Assembly: GCA_900553595.1 (NCBI GenBank)
Contig: USEC01000005.1
Coordinates: 2,931 to 66,930 of the forward strand
Direction of reading: 5' to 3'
Source of the DNA: an uncultured Prevotella sp.
GTDB taxonomy: Bacteria; Bacteroidota; Bacteroidia; Bacteroidales; Bacteroidaceae
DNA length: 64,000 bases
Below the pieces are notes generated by a model that was given only the letters and a program-made list of their open reading frames with translations, did no database searches and had not been told where the DNA came from. A program made the translations under genes and the position numbers. This document shows positions 9,848 to 20,564 of the stretch, piece after piece (positions within the stretch are counted from its first letter, which is position 1; each line of letters starts with the position of its first letter).

Positions 9848-11074
9848 TTAGTCGCCGATACCCTTCTTGACAACAGCTTCCTCCATCTTCTTGAGGATGT
9901 CAGCAGGGATTGCATTCTTGTTCACCATGTAGTCCATGGTGTTGGCAATGATGTAGTTCTTTGTCATGTACCAGATACCTTTGTAGTCGCCGGTCTCACC
10001 CCAAGAGTTCTTCACCATGTAGTATTCCTTGCCGTTCTGGTCCTTTGCGATACCGAAAATGAGCATTCCGTGGTCGTCGGTGAGTTCCCAGTTGTCGAAA
10101 CGCTCCTGACGCTGTACGGGAGTAGGCTCGAGTTCGGGAACGGTGCAGCCGAGAGAGTCGATGATGCTTGTGCGCTTTGCAGGAGCAAGCTTAAGCCAAC
10201 GTGCCATGTCGCTGCCTGAAAGGCTCTCTGCCTTCTTTGTATCCACGAAGTAAGCCAATCCCTTGCGTGTGAAGCCGGGTTCGCTTACATCGCCGCCCCA
10301 AGCCACTGTGTAGCCGTTCATGACAGCGTTGTCGATGATGCGTGCCATATCTTCCATGGGAAGATTCCATGACAATGGGTTGCGCCAGTTGTCCTGTACC
10401 TCAACAGCATACTGTGAATAGTAAGGATGGTGTGTGTAGCTTGTGATGGTAACATAGTCGTTCCAGTTGAGACCGAGGCTTGCAGCAAACTGCTTCGGAG
10501 TATATTCCTTACCCTCATAAGTGAACTTTTCGGGGCATTTGCCAAGGTAAGCGTCGAGAATACCCTGCAATCCCACCTTCCACTGGCTTGAGATTTTCTT
10601 CTCTTTGCTCTTGGAGATGCCTGCAACATAAGGCTCAAGCTGACCGAAGAACTCGTTGAAGTTGTTCAGAGAGTCGCCGTAGAGCGAGCCCGGGAAAGGC
10701 ATTGCGTCCTCCGGACAGATACCGTGGTTTCTCAGAACATGAAGCACATCGTAAGCAGAACCGCCCTGTGCGAACTGGCAGTCGCCGTGCAGACGCACCA
10801 CCTGAATGGCACGTTCCATGTAGTCCTTGTTGGCAACGAACGACTCGCAAAGGTCGTATGTCTTGCCAGTAGCCTTGAGGATTTCAGCCTCAAAGAACGA
10901 GATTGTGGAGTAATCCCAGCACGTACCGCTGCGATTCTGGTCCTTGATACTTGTGATGGGGTTTTCCTTCACCACGGTGAATACTGGCTTGTTGCTTTTC
11001 ACAGCCTTCTTAGGCTTAGCATTTACGCCTGTCGCAAGAACAGCGAGAAGCGCAAGAGTCAAGATTTTCTTCAT
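9848..11074 (-). CDS. C1 family cysteine aminopeptidase (bleomycin hydrolase/PepC-like), secreted
   Basis: Signal peptide; QNRSGTCW, DHGM and KNSWG catalytic motifs. Confidence 0.92.
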   Translation of the reverse strand: MKKILTLALLAVLATGVNAKPKKAVKSNKPVFTVVKENPITSIKDQNRSGTCWDYSTISFFEAEILKATGKTYDLCESFVANKDYMERAIQVVRLHGDCQFAQGGSAYDVLHVLRNHGICPEDAMPFPGSLYGDSLNNFNEFFGQLEPYVAGISKSKEKKISSQWKVGLQGILDAYLGKCPEKFTYEGKEYTPKQFAASLGLNWNDYVTITSYTHHPYYSQYAVEVQDNWRNPLSWNLPMEDMARIIDNAVMNGYTVAWGGDVSEPGFTRKGLAYFVDTKKAESLSGSDMARWLKLAPAKRTSIIDSLGCTVPELEPTPVQRQERFDNWELTDDHGMLIFGIAKDQNGKEYYMVKNSWGETGDYKGIWYMTKNYIIANTMDYMVNKNAIPADILKKMEEAVVKKGIGD

Positions 11075-11127
11075 TTTTTGTTACTATTCTTATTTAAGTT
11101 TAAAATCGGTTTCAATGGTTTCCTTTA

Positions 11128-12528
11128 TCAATTTTCAGCCATGAACGCCTCGACATCCTTGGGATGATAAGGAATGCGCTCCTTGCCTATGAAGCGGCAA
11201 CCGTCTTTTGTGATGAGGACATCGTCCTCAAGGCGTATGCCTCCGAAGTCCTTGTAGGTCTCAATCTTGTCGAAATTGAGGAATTCGGCACAATGTCCGG
11301 AAGTTTTCCAGTCGTCGATAAGAGCCGGAATGAAATAGATTCCGGGTTCATCGGTAACTACAAAGCCCTCTTCAAGACGGCGTCCCATACGCAGACAGTT
11401 GGTTCCGAACTGGTCGAGGCGTGGGCGTGTCTCTTCGTCAAAGCCCACGTTTATCTGGTCAAGGTTCTCCATGTCGTGCACATCCATGCCCATCATGTGT
11501 CCCAATCCGTGCGGCAGGAACATGGCATGAGCACCTGCGGCCACGGCTTCGTCGGTGTCGCCCTTCATGAGTCCGAGTTCCTTCAGACGCTCAGTCATAA
11601 GGCGGCACACGGCAAAATGCACATCCATGTACTTCACTCCTGGCTTCGCCACATCGAGGACATAGTCGTGACAGGCCTCTACGATGCTGTAAATCTCAAG
11701 CTGACGCTGTGTGAACTTGCCATTGACAGGATATGTACGGGTGTTGTCCGAGCAGTAGTTGTTTATTGTTTCGGCTCCTGCGTCGCACAATGCGAGCCTG
11801 CCGCTTTCGAGAACAGCCATCGACGGGTTGCCGTGCATAATCTCGCCGTGCTGGCTGAAGATTGTCGGGAAACTCACCATAGCTCCGTATGAGTGTGCCA
11901 CGCCATCCACCTGTCCGCCGATATACTTCTCCGTCAGACCCGGTTTTGTAAGCCTCATCGCCGTTGTGTGCATCTTGTAGCCTATCGTTGCGGCACGCTC
12001 CAGTTCCTCAATCTCCTGCTGTTCCTTTGTGGAACGCATCTTTACTACGGCGTTTATCAGCTCCATGCTTGCCGATTCCTTCTGCTGTCCGGGATGAATA
12101 CCGAGCAAATCGAATATCTGAAGCTTTATGTCATAGCGGTAAGGAGGCAGGAAGTGTATGCGGCGTTTCTGTCGCATGGCATCGTTGCAGATTGTCTTCA
12201 GACTCTTCATGGGTGCCGTTTCTGCCACACCCACGCTGTCCGCCATGTCGCGCACGCTATCGACACTGCCGTACCACACAATGTCCTCGATGTCAATATC
12301 ATTGCCCACGAGGGTTTCAGTGTTGTTGTCAATGTCGATTACGCCCACGAGTCCGTCGCGGTTGAGTCCGAAATAATACAGGAACGACGAGTCCTGACGG
12401 AACGGATAATACCCGTTTGAAGGATAATTGCACGGCGACTCATTGTTGCCGAACAGTATGATGATGCCATTCTTTACAAGTTCTTTCAGCTTGGCGCGAC
12501 GGCTAACGTAGGTTTTCTTGTCAAACAT
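11128..12528 (-). CDS. Xaa-Pro aminopeptidase (aminopeptidase P, M24B)
   Basis: FRQDSSFLY, DAGAE, SDNTRT, HGLGHMMGMDVHD, EPGIYF and GIRLEDD motifs. Confidence 0.93.
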   Translation of the reverse strand: MFDKKTYVSRRAKLKELVKNGIIILFGNNESPCNYPSNGYYPFRQDSSFLYYFGLNRDGLVGVIDIDNNTETLVGNDIDIEDIVWYGSVDSVRDMADSVGVAETAPMKSLKTICNDAMRQKRRIHFLPPYRYDIKLQIFDLLGIHPGQQKESASMELINAVVKMRSTKEQQEIEELERAATIGYKMHTTAMRLTKPGLTEKYIGGQVDGVAHSYGAMVSFPTIFSQHGEIMHGNPSMAVLESGRLALCDAGAETINNYCSDNTRTYPVNGKFTQRQLEIYSIVEACHDYVLDVAKPGVKYMDVHFAVCRLMTERLKELGLMKGDTDEAVAAGAHAMFLPHGLGHMMGMDVHDMENLDQINVGFDEETRPRLDQFGTNCLRMGRRLEEGFVVTDEPGIYFIPALIDDWKTSGHCAEFLNFDKIETYKDFGGIRLEDDVLITKDGCRFIGKERIPYHPKDVEAFMAEN

Positions 12529-12699
12529 GTCACATTATTTTTAACAATTTGCAAAGATAATGAAAACAAAACACAATTCAAAGGAAGCAAGGCTTTTTAT
12601 GTTTTATTATGAGATTGTGGGCGGACACATTTATTACACGAATAAGATGAGTACTTGACGGAAAATGCTTAACTTTGCAATTGTAAACAAAAAAGCATT

Positions 12700-13551
12700 A
12701 TGCAATTGGACAGCAATACGGGACTTGTGCTTGAAGGTGGCGGCATGCGCGGTGTGTTCACAAGCGGTGTGCTCGACGCTTTTATGAAGCACGACTTATA
12801 CTTCAACTATGTCGTGGCAGTATCGGCAGGTGCATGCAACGGCATGTCGTACATGAGCCGGCAGCCAAGGCGTGCAAGGGTGTCGAACATCGACTATCTG
12901 GCGCGTTACGACTACATCGGGCTGCGGCATCTTGTAACGCAGGGCTGCATCTTCGACACCAAGCTTCTTTACGACAAATTCCCCAACAAATACATCCCTT
13001 TCGACTTCGACACCTTCTTCAACAACCCTGGAACGTTTGAAATGGTGACCACCAACTGCCTCACAGGACGCGCCATGTACCTGCAGGAGAAGCACGACAG
13101 GCAGCGCGCCCTCGACGCCGTGCGTGCATCAAGCAGTCTGCCATACGTCAGCAAGATAGTGAATGTCGATGGCATCCCCATGCTCGACGGCGGCATTGTC
13201 GACAGCATTCCTGTGATGCGTGCGATGGAAACGGGACACGGAAAGAACGTTGTCGTGCTGACACGCAACAAGGGTTACCGCACATCGGGGCACGACTACA
13301 AGATTCCGCGCTTCATCTACAAGAACTACCCACGCCTGCGTGTGGTGTTGAGCCACCGTCTTCAGGCCTACAACAGGCAGCTTGACCTCATCGACCAGCT
13401 TGAGGACTCGGGCCAGATAGTGTGCATACGCCCTGAACGCCCTATGGAAGTGACGCGCATGGAGAAGGACACCGCCAAGCTGGAACGCCTCTATGAAGAA
13501 GGTTTCATGCTCGGCAACCGCTTCTGCATGGAGTATATGGGCAAGGAATGA
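12700..13551 (+). CDS. Patatin-like phospholipase family protein
   Basis: EGGGMRG, AVSAG and DGG motifs. Confidence 0.9.
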   Translation: MQLDSNTGLVLEGGGMRGVFTSGVLDAFMKHDLYFNYVVAVSAGACNGMSYMSRQPRRARVSNIDYLARYDYIGLRHLVTQGCIFDTKLLYDKFPNKYIPFDFDTFFNNPGTFEMVTTNCLTGRAMYLQEKHDRQRALDAVRASSSLPYVSKIVNVDGIPMLDGGIVDSIPVMRAMETGHGKNVVVLTRNKGYRTSGHDYKIPRFIYKNYPRLRVVLSHRLQAYNRQLDLIDQLEDSGQIVCIRPERPMEVTRMEKDTAKLERLYEEGFMLGNRFCMEYMGKE

Positions 13552-13574
13552 ACGGCACCATGCCGCCAGAACAC

Positions 13575-13640
13575 GGAAGAGGGGACTTCAGAAGCCCGGT
13601 TCACAACGACCTGGAACATTCTGAAGTCCCCCTCTTTTCC
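13575..13640. terminator. Inverted repeat between convergent genes (probable terminator)
   Basis: aagaggggacttcagaa ... ttctgaagtccccctcttt. Confidence 0.6.
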
Positions 13641-13721
13641 TATTATATACAAAGACGCCGTCCGGCTACATGGCAGCACATTTCCGCCGCCTCCCAACCG
13701 GAGTCTTCGCACAAAGTGCGC

Positions 13722-14795
13722 TTATTCCTTGGCTGCCTTCTCCACTACGAACTTTCCGTTCTGATCGACGACATACTTCTCGCCCGTACGGCCTACCTTT
13801 ACCGCCACGCGGAACTGGTGCGGTGTGGCCTCCACCTCCACGTTGCTTCCTGCCGGAAGAGTGGCGAAGTCGGCATCGGTGAGTCCCATTCCGTCGAGCG
13901 AACAGATGTAGCTGCCGCATTTTCCCATTCTGTCGAGTTGTTCATAAAACATTGCCCACAAGAGTTTATAGGCTTCCATGTTGTACGGACACACAAAAGC
14001 GTCGGAACCTTCGCCCACTTTTTTGTCAGAGAACTGCAGGAATCCCCACTGGTTAGGCATGTGCATGTCGATGCGCCCTGTTGGCGTCCACACCCAGTTC
14101 TCCTCCGGTCCGCCCTTCTTCAGCCACTGCACGCGTGAGAAGTTGAGTCTCCATGTGTTGCCTGCCTGCAAGGGGTTGGTGAAGTTTCTGGTCACCGCCT
14201 TGTGCGGAATGGCCATCTCCACGCTCCAAGAGCGGTCGCGGTCGGTGGACTTATTGAGTGTTCCGTCGTGCGACACGGCAAGTTTCAGTCCGGGGCAGTC
14301 CCATTGTATGTGGAAATTACCGCCCGAACGATAGGCGCGATCGAGCATAAGGTCGAACACGACACCGCGTGCATTGTTCTCTATTTCAAAATAGTTCTGT
14401 CCGTCACCGGTTGGGTCGAGGAACACTTCAAAGTCGTTGTCATGATAGATGATGGTGTCGCGCTGCGTGAGGCGTGCCACGATATTAGGTTCTTCAAGCA
14501 CCGCTGCCACATACAAATATTCATCATCCCAAAGCAGACGCGCCTTGGTATCATAAACAGGTTTTGGAAATCCTTCGCCGCTAATATCCACAAACGACTC
14601 TGTTTGAGCTGCTTTTGCCCATGCTTTTTCATTGAGTTTGCCATCGATTTTCATCTTTTCCGTAGTGCGGTAGCACACATAATGGCGCGGAGTTGATAGT
14701 TGTTGAGCATACTTCTTGAGCAGTCCGTCCTGCGCATGAACCGACAACGCCACGGCAAAAGCCATAAACATTGCGGCAAGAATGTTTTTCTTCAT
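13722..14795 (-). CDS. Secreted carbohydrate-binding family 9-like (CBM9/DOMON) protein
   Basis: Signal peptide; IDGKLNEKAW, LLWDDEYLYV, DFEVFLDP, WSVEMAIP and WRLNFSR motifs. Confidence 0.8.
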   Translation of the reverse strand: MKKNILAAMFMAFAVALSVHAQDGLLKKYAQQLSTPRHYVCYRTTEKMKIDGKLNEKAWAKAAQTESFVDISGEGFPKPVYDTKARLLWDDEYLYVAAVLEEPNIVARLTQRDTIIYHDNDFEVFLDPTGDGQNYFEIENNARGVVFDLMLDRAYRSGGNFHIQWDCPGLKLAVSHDGTLNKSTDRDRSWSVEMAIPHKAVTRNFTNPLQAGNTWRLNFSRVQWLKKGGPEENWVWTPTGRIDMHMPNQWGFLQFSDKKVGEGSDAFVCPYNMEAYKLLWAMFYEQLDRMGKCGSYICSLDGMGLTDADFATLPAGSNVEVEATPHQFRVAVKVGRTGEKYVVDQNGKFVVEKAAKE

Positions 14796-14807
14796 TTTCT
14801 CTAAGTT

Positions 14808-15485
14808 TTATTTGTCCAACAAATCGGGGCGCAGACGCTGCGTGCGCTCCATTGCCTGTTCCATTTCCCAATTCTTTATTTTTGCTTCATTTCCGCTCAA
14901 CAGTATGTCGGGCACCTTCCATCCCTTGTAGTCGGCAGGGCGCGTATATATCGGAGCAGAAAGCATATCGTCCTGAAAGCAGTCGCTGAGCGCACTCTGT
15001 TCGTCGCCAATCACTCCGGGGACGATGCGCACAATGGCGTCGGCCATCACTGCGGCGGCGAGCTCGCCGCCCGTAAGCACGTAGTCGCCGATGCTTATTT
15101 CGCGCGTAATGAGGTGGTCGCGCACGCGCTGGTCTATTCCCTTGTAATGGCCGCAGAGTATTATGATGTTGCCTTTCATAGAGAGGTCGTTGGCGACATG
15201 CTGGTCGAATTTCTCGCCATCGGGCGATGTGAATATCACTTCGTCGTAGTCGCGCTCGGCCTTCAGCGCCGAGATGCAGCGGTCGATGGGTTCGCACTGC
15301 ATCACCATGCCCGCAAATCCTCCGTAGGGATAGTCGTCCACACGGCGCCATTTGTCCGCCGAATAGTCGCGCAGGTTGTGCAGATGTATTTCCGCCAGCC
15401 CCTTCTTCTGGGCGCGGGCAAGAATTGACTCGTTGATGAAGCCCTCAAGCATTTCGGGCAAAACGGTTATAATGTCTATTCTCAT
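14808..15485 (-). CDS. trmD: tRNA (guanine37-N1)-methyltransferase
   Basis: [30 protein letters not shown] and YTRP motifs; start MRIDII at 15485. Confidence 0.97.
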   Translation of the reverse strand: MRIDIITVLPEMLEGFINESILARAQKKGLAEIHLHNLRDYSADKWRRVDDYPYGGFAGMVMQCEPIDRCISALKAERDYDEVIFTSPDGEKFDQHVANDLSMKGNIIILCGHYKGIDQRVRDHLITREISIGDYVLTGGELAAAVMADAIVRIVPGVIGDEQSALSDCFQDDMLSAPIYTRPADYKGWKVPDILLSGNEAKIKNWEMEQAMERTQRLRPDLLDK

Positions 15486-15499
15486 ATCAGTCAAAGTGA

Positions 15500-15666
15500 G
15501 GTGTGTCAAAATGGGAGTTAGCCGAAGTTATCGGAAGGTAATCCGCCTAAGGCGAATGAAGGTGACGGACATTACCATTAGCTTTCAATGGGTTCTGTTA
15601 TTGTCCGTTATCTTCCTTTAACTTCCGGCGAAGCCTGACTTCCGATAAGTTCCGTTTTGACACACC
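15500..15666. repeat. 167-bp foldback, MITE-like element (TIR GGTGTGTCAAAA)
   Basis: ggtgtgtcaaaa ... ttttgacacacc ends, with nested IRs (ttatcggaag/cttccgataa; acggaca/tgtccgt). Confidence 0.65.
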
Positions 15667-15801
15667 CCGTTCGTGTTCGCTTTATAATGTTCTTACTGTT
15701 TTGTTTGCTATGGCAAATTTACTAAATTTCATCCATTCCACCAAGTCTGCCGCTGATAATCATTCCGCCGCACGCAATATGCGGCTGCCGGCAGCGGTTT
15801 T

Positions 15802-16539
15802 TCAGCTGTCCACCCCAAGCCCGAAAAGCGCGAAATCGGCACGCAACGGGTCGTCGGGAAAGACTTCGAGCATCACTTCGGTGAGACGCCGGGCAGCGTT
15901 CATCGATGCCGTACGGCTGCCGAGCAGCCCCATTGCGCACGCTTCCTGCAGCACATGGGTGTCAAGGGGCATAATGAGCGTGCGCCGGTCGATGATGTCC
16001 TGCCACAGCCCCAAGTCCACCGGCGACCCGCTTCGCACCATCCATCTGAGGAACATGCACACCCTCTTGCACGCCGACACCGCATTCTTAGGCACCACCT
16101 TGCCTGCGCCGTGTGCGGCGAAGTAGCGGCATAGAGCCTCCACCGCTTCTGCTCCTGTGGCAGCATTGCGGCTGATGTACTCCTTCATGCTGCCGTATTC
16201 GCCGAGCATGGCCTCGTAAGCCGCCAGCAGGCAGCATATATCGTGACAGGTGTAAAGGCGGTAGAAGCAGTCGGGCGTGTCGGGAACGCTGTTGCGCCAG
16301 GCACCCGACTGCACCCAACGGTGCACTTCGCCGCGCGAGGCATCAAGCAGACTTTGTATCTTAGGGAAGAACTGTTTGCGCGAGCCGTAGCTCAGGCACG
16401 ACGCAATGAAGGCCATCGCCTCCTGGTTGTCAGCCCCCTCGACGTTGTGCATGAAACGGCTCGGATCGGCTTTCAGAAAGTCGACGGTCTCGTATTTTTC
16501 TGCCAATGAGATTATGCGTTGCCTTGTTTCTTTTTCCAT
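15802..16539 (-). CDS. TIGR02757/DUF2400 family protein (HhH-GPD-related)
   Basis: SACKR..MFLRWMVR, DLGLW, PLDTHV and DPLRADFALFG motifs. Confidence 0.85.
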   Translation of the reverse strand: MEKETRQRIISLAEKYETVDFLKADPSRFMHNVEGADNQEAMAFIASCLSYGSRKQFFPKIQSLLDASRGEVHRWVQSGAWRNSVPDTPDCFYRLYTCHDICCLLAAYEAMLGEYGSMKEYISRNAATGAEAVEALCRYFAAHGAGKVVPKNAVSACKRVCMFLRWMVRSGSPVDLGLWQDIIDRRTLIMPLDTHVLQEACAMGLLGSRTASMNAARRLTEVMLEVFPDDPLRADFALFGLGVDS

Positions 16540-16696
16540 AAATTCCACATTATTATATTATAGGGGCCTCGTCTGTCGGCGGTACGTCTTCTGCCGACGG
16601 CTCACGCCCCCGTATTCAAGGAGTGCCGACATACGGTCGGGCAACCGGCCAGGAATGCTTGCCGACACAACCGCCCGCAAGACGAAATTCCAGGGC

Positions 16697-16789
16697 AAAA
16701 AAAAAGCGACAGCCTTCACAGGCGACCGCTTCAAATCTTCAATAGGTATTAGCCTTTCTTTAAGGTAAAAAGATTGTTTTCAGGATAAC
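16697..16789 (-). ncRNA. Candidate small RNA or terminated leader (~90 nt)
   Basis: TATCTTTG promoter at 16795-16802; intrinsic terminator agcggtcgcctgtgaaggctgtcgc followed by T9; no ATG between them. Confidence 0.45.
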
Positions 16790-17078
16790 TGTTGCAAAGA
16801 TATTACAATTTTACGAGTTATCAAAATTTTTAAGTAAGTTTTTTTGAAAAAATGTATTGTGTTCCCACACAATATTAAAAAAGTGTAAGCACAAATCTGG
16901 AAAAACACTTTTTTCCTACATTTTCCGACAACAGTCTGTAACATTGCCTATGCCTGCCACCACTCCGCCGGCAATGCCGCTGACGGCACTTCCAGCACGA
17001 CCGGTTCTTAACCCGTGCAGAATTACACGTTGTTGGAAATTTATTTGTAATTTTGCCGGCAGATAAAGACGACATATT

Positions 17079-17567
17079 ATGAACGAAAAGAAAACTCTAC
17101 GACAACACCGCCTGTTATTCATCTGCCTTGGCAACATCTGCCGGAGTCCGGCAGCCGAGGGCGTGATGAAGGCTCTCGCAAGCGCGGCAGGGCGGAGTGC
17201 CGACTTCCACATCGACTCGGCAGGCATTGGCGACTGGCATGTGGGACAGCTTCCCGACCCCCGTATGCGCAGGCGCGGAGCACTGCGGGGCTACAACTTC
17301 GACAGCCATGCACGGCAAATACGCCGCTCCGACTTCAAGGACTTCGATCTGCTGCTCGTCATGGACGCATCGAACTTCACCACCGTGGGCGGCATGGCGG
17401 CATCGCCCGAAGAGCGCGAAAAAGTGGTGATGCTCACCGACTTCCTCACCCGTCACGACAACGTGAAGGCTGTGCCCGACCCCTATTACGGCGACGAAAC
17501 CGACTTCGACTACGCTCTCGACCTCATAGAGGATGCGTGCAGCGGACTGCTCGACAGACTCGCCTGA
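17079..17567 (+). CDS. Low molecular weight phosphotyrosine protein phosphatase
   Basis: CLGNICRS P-loop and DPYY motif. Confidence 0.95.
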   Translation: MNEKKTLRQHRLLFICLGNICRSPAAEGVMKALASAAGRSADFHIDSAGIGDWHVGQLPDPRMRRRGALRGYNFDSHARQIRRSDFKDFDLLLVMDASNFTTVGGMAASPEEREKVVMLTDFLTRHDNVKAVPDPYYGDETDFDYALDLIEDACSGLLDRLA

Positions 17568-17594
17568 AAACCAAACGCTTTACAGTGCGCTTGA

Positions 17595-17675
17595 AAAGAA
17601 GCCTTGTTTGCACTCAAAAGAAGCCTTGTTTACATCGCAAAGAAGCCTTCTTTTGAGTGCAAACTAGGCTTCTTT
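17595..17675. repeat. 22-bp-period palindrome array (4 units)
   Basis: aaagaagccttgttt-gcactca-aaagaagccttgttt-acatcgc-aaagaagccttcttt-tgagtgc-aaactaggcttcttt. Confidence 0.9.
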
Positions 17676-17929
17676 TGAAATCAACACGAAAACGCATCGG
17701 ACACAAAGGCCATGCCGACAACAACGAAAGAATGCACATTTTTACTCTTTTAATGTACTTTTATTGTCATTTAGTAATATTTTTACACTAAAATCTTACG
17801 TTATTCAGTTTATTTTCGTAATTTTGCGGACGAAAGTTACAGGCACCCTCAAGTTTTCAATAAAGATAAAAAGATTAAAAGACACATTGCATTCAATGTG
17901 GGACAACATTCATAAATCCAATAAAAAAA

Positions 17930-19264
17930 ATGAACGCATCAGAAACCGTGGAGCGTCTGAAGCAACGCTTCCCCAACGAGCCTGAGTATATACAGGCCGT
18001 CAGCCAGGTCCTCGGCACAATCGAGGACGAGTACAACCGTCACCCCGAATTCGACCGCGCCAACCTCATTGAACGCCTGTGCATCCCCGACCGCATCATC
18101 TCCTTCCGTGTGACATGGGTGGACGACAAGGGCAACGTGCAGACGAACATGGGCTACCGCATACAGCACAACAACGCCATAGGCCCGTACAAAGGCGGCA
18201 TACGCTTCCACTCTTCGGTGAATCCGTCCATTCTGAAGTTCCTCGCATTTGAACAGACATTCAAGAACTCGCTCACGACACTGCCTATGGGCGGCGCAAA
18301 AGGCGGTTCCGACTTCTCGCCACGAGGCAAGAGCAACGCCGAAGTGATGCGTTTCTGCCAGGCATTCATGAACGAACTCTACCGCCATATAGGTCCCGAC
18401 GAGGATGTTCCGGCAGGCGACATCGGCGTAGGCGGACGCGAAGTGGGCTACATGTTCGGACAGTACAAGAAACTGACACACCAGTTTGTGGGCGTACTCA
18501 CGGGCAAGGGACAGGAATTCGGAGGCTCGCTCATACGCCCCGAAGCCACAGGTTACGGCAATGTGTATTTCCTTGAGAACATGCTGCGCACACGCGGCAT
18601 CGACATCAAAGGCAAGCGCGTACTCGTAAGCGGTTCGGGCAACGTGGCGCAATACACTGTTGAGAAACTCATCGAACTGGGAGCCGTGCCAGTGACTCTC
18701 TCCGATTCCGACGGATACATATACGACCCCAACGGCATCGACGCCGAAAAGCTGGAATATGTCAAGGAACTCAAGAACGTGGAACGCGGTCGCATACGCG
18801 AATATGCCGAGGAATACGGCGTGAAGTATGTGCCTGGCGCACGGCCGTGGAGCGAGAAAGCGCAGATAGCAATGCCTTCGGCGACACAGAACGAAATCGA
18901 CGGCGACGACGCACGCACTCTCGTTGGCAACGGAATAATGGCAGTGAGCGAAGGCGCAAACATGCCTTCAACACCCGAAGCCATCAAGGTGTTCCAGGAA
19001 GCAGGACTGCTCTACGCTCCTGGCAAGGCGGCAAACGCCGGCGGAGTGGCTGTGTCGGGACTCGAAATGAGCCAGAACTCCGAGCGTCTGCGCTGGACAC
19101 GCGAGGAGGTTGATACCCGTCTGAAGATGATTATGAACGAGATTCACGAGAATTGCGTGAAGTACGGCACACAGCCCGACGGCTACATCAACTATGTGCG
19201 CGGCGCGAATGTCGCCGGATTCCTCAAAGTGGCGAAGGCGATGATGGCACAGGGAATCGTGTAG
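17930..19264 (+). CDS. gdhA: NAD(P)-specific glutamate dehydrogenase
   Basis: GPYKGGIRF, LPMGGAKGG, DVPAGDIGVG, GSGNVA and EGANMP motifs. Confidence 0.96.
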   Translation: MNASETVERLKQRFPNEPEYIQAVSQVLGTIEDEYNRHPEFDRANLIERLCIPDRIISFRVTWVDDKGNVQTNMGYRIQHNNAIGPYKGGIRFHSSVNPSILKFLAFEQTFKNSLTTLPMGGAKGGSDFSPRGKSNAEVMRFCQAFMNELYRHIGPDEDVPAGDIGVGGREVGYMFGQYKKLTHQFVGVLTGKGQEFGGSLIRPEATGYGNVYFLENMLRTRGIDIKGKRVLVSGSGNVAQYTVEKLIELGAVPVTLSDSDGYIYDPNGIDAEKLEYVKELKNVERGRIREYAEEYGVKYVPGARPWSEKAQIAMPSATQNEIDGDDARTLVGNGIMAVSEGANMPSTPEAIKVFQEAGLLYAPGKAANAGGVAVSGLEMSQNSERLRWTREEVDTRLKMIMNEIHENCVKYGTQPDGYINYVRGANVAGFLKVAKAMMAQGIV

Positions 19265-19343
19265 GAACAGTCCGTAAAGAAGCTAACTGGAAGCGGGTGA
19301 ATCCCTACCTCGGCCAAATACGGCCTTGACGCACTCCCCACCG

Positions 19344-20303
19344 TCAGAAACATAACTCCGCAACAAGAGGCAGATGGTCGCTGAATCCGTCAAGATAACG
19401 TGGTCCGAGGTAGTTGCGGCGGGGTTGCACGCCGCCGTATTTGTCGTCCTTTACAAGCAGGAAAGGCGCATCGTTCACCCGGCATCCCACCACTTTCGGA
19501 AGCATGGGGAGGCTCACCACGATGTGGTCGAGACTCCCCCACTCGCCCTGATAGCGGTAAGTGCCGCGCGCACCGTTGCTGCCCGTAGCCGAAGAGGATA
19601 TGTCCGCCATGCCGGCGGAGCACACTATGCGCACGCTTTCCGACGAGGAATAGTCGTTGAAGTCGCCCGTCACGATGATATTGGCATTCGGTTTTGCCTC
19701 ACGGACAGAATCGACAAGCTCACGTATCTGCGTCGCCACCTGGCGGCGGAAAGGCCGTGACTGCGCTTCGCCGCCCCGTCGGCTCGGCAGATGCGCCACA
19801 ACGACATGGAGAGTATCGCCCGATGCCACCCTGCCCTCGGCGTAAAGCAGATTGCGGGTGGGGCGCATTCCCTCCACAAGGCGTATGCCTATCTGCCGTT
19901 GGGAGAGCAGGCTGAACGTGAACGGCGAATACATCAGAGCCACATCAATGCCGCGTTCGTCGGGCGAAGAGGTCATTATGTATTCGTAACGGGCTTTGCG
20001 CAAGAGGCTGCGGCGTGTCAGGTCGTGCATGACGCTGTCGTTTTCCACCTCGCACAGAGCCACAAGGTCGGGCAGTTGCCAAGGGTTTCCGGATGCATTG
20101 CCGCCCTTCTTCTCCCCGCACGATATTATGGTCTGACCCACACGGTTCAGTTTCCGCCAGTAACGGGAGGGTGTCCAGTGGTAGGACCCGTCGGAAAGAA
20201 ACTCGGTATCGTTCTTCAACGAGTCGTGCCGACAGTCGAAAAGGTTCTCACAATTCAGTTCCACGAACGTGAAGATTGAGAGCAACAGCATAGGTATTGT
20301 CAT
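19344..20303 (-). CDS. Endonuclease/exonuclease/phosphatase family protein
   Basis: NCENLFD, LCEVEN, HLPSR, GDFND, LDH and FSDHLP motifs. Confidence 0.9.
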   Translation of the reverse strand: MTIPMLLLSIFTFVELNCENLFDCRHDSLKNDTEFLSDGSYHWTPSRYWRKLNRVGQTIISCGEKKGGNASGNPWQLPDLVALCEVENDSVMHDLTRRSLLRKARYEYIMTSSPDERGIDVALMYSPFTFSLLSQRQIGIRLVEGMRPTRNLLYAEGRVASGDTLHVVVAHLPSRRGGEAQSRPFRRQVATQIRELVDSVREAKPNANIIVTGDFNDYSSSESVRIVCSAGMADISSSATGSNGARGTYRYQGEWGSLDHIVVSLPMLPKVVGCRVNDAPFLLVKDDKYGGVQPRRNYLGPRYLDGFSDHLPLVAELCF

Positions 20304-20425
20304 AAAACGCAATATTTTATCATCAGATTATTCAGCACGCAAAGTTACGAAAAACAACCCAACCGTGCAACTGTTGGGGAGAAGCAAAAAGGCGCTGAAA
20401 ACCAGGCAGTACACCACACGTTTGA

Positions 20426-20506
20426 AAAGAAGCCTTGTTTGCAGTCAAAAGAAGCCTTGTTTACAAACAAAAGAAGCCTTGTTTGCAAGTAAAACAAGGC
20501 TTCTTT
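20426..20506. repeat. 22-bp-period palindrome array (4 units)
   Basis: aaagaagccttgttt-gcagtca-aaagaagccttgttt-acaaaca-aaagaagccttgttt-gcaagta-aaacaaggcttcttt. Confidence 0.9.
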
Positions 20507-20564
20507 TCAATCCATACCCATTTTGGTTGGATTCCACATCATTTATGCCGTCAGACCTGACGCA

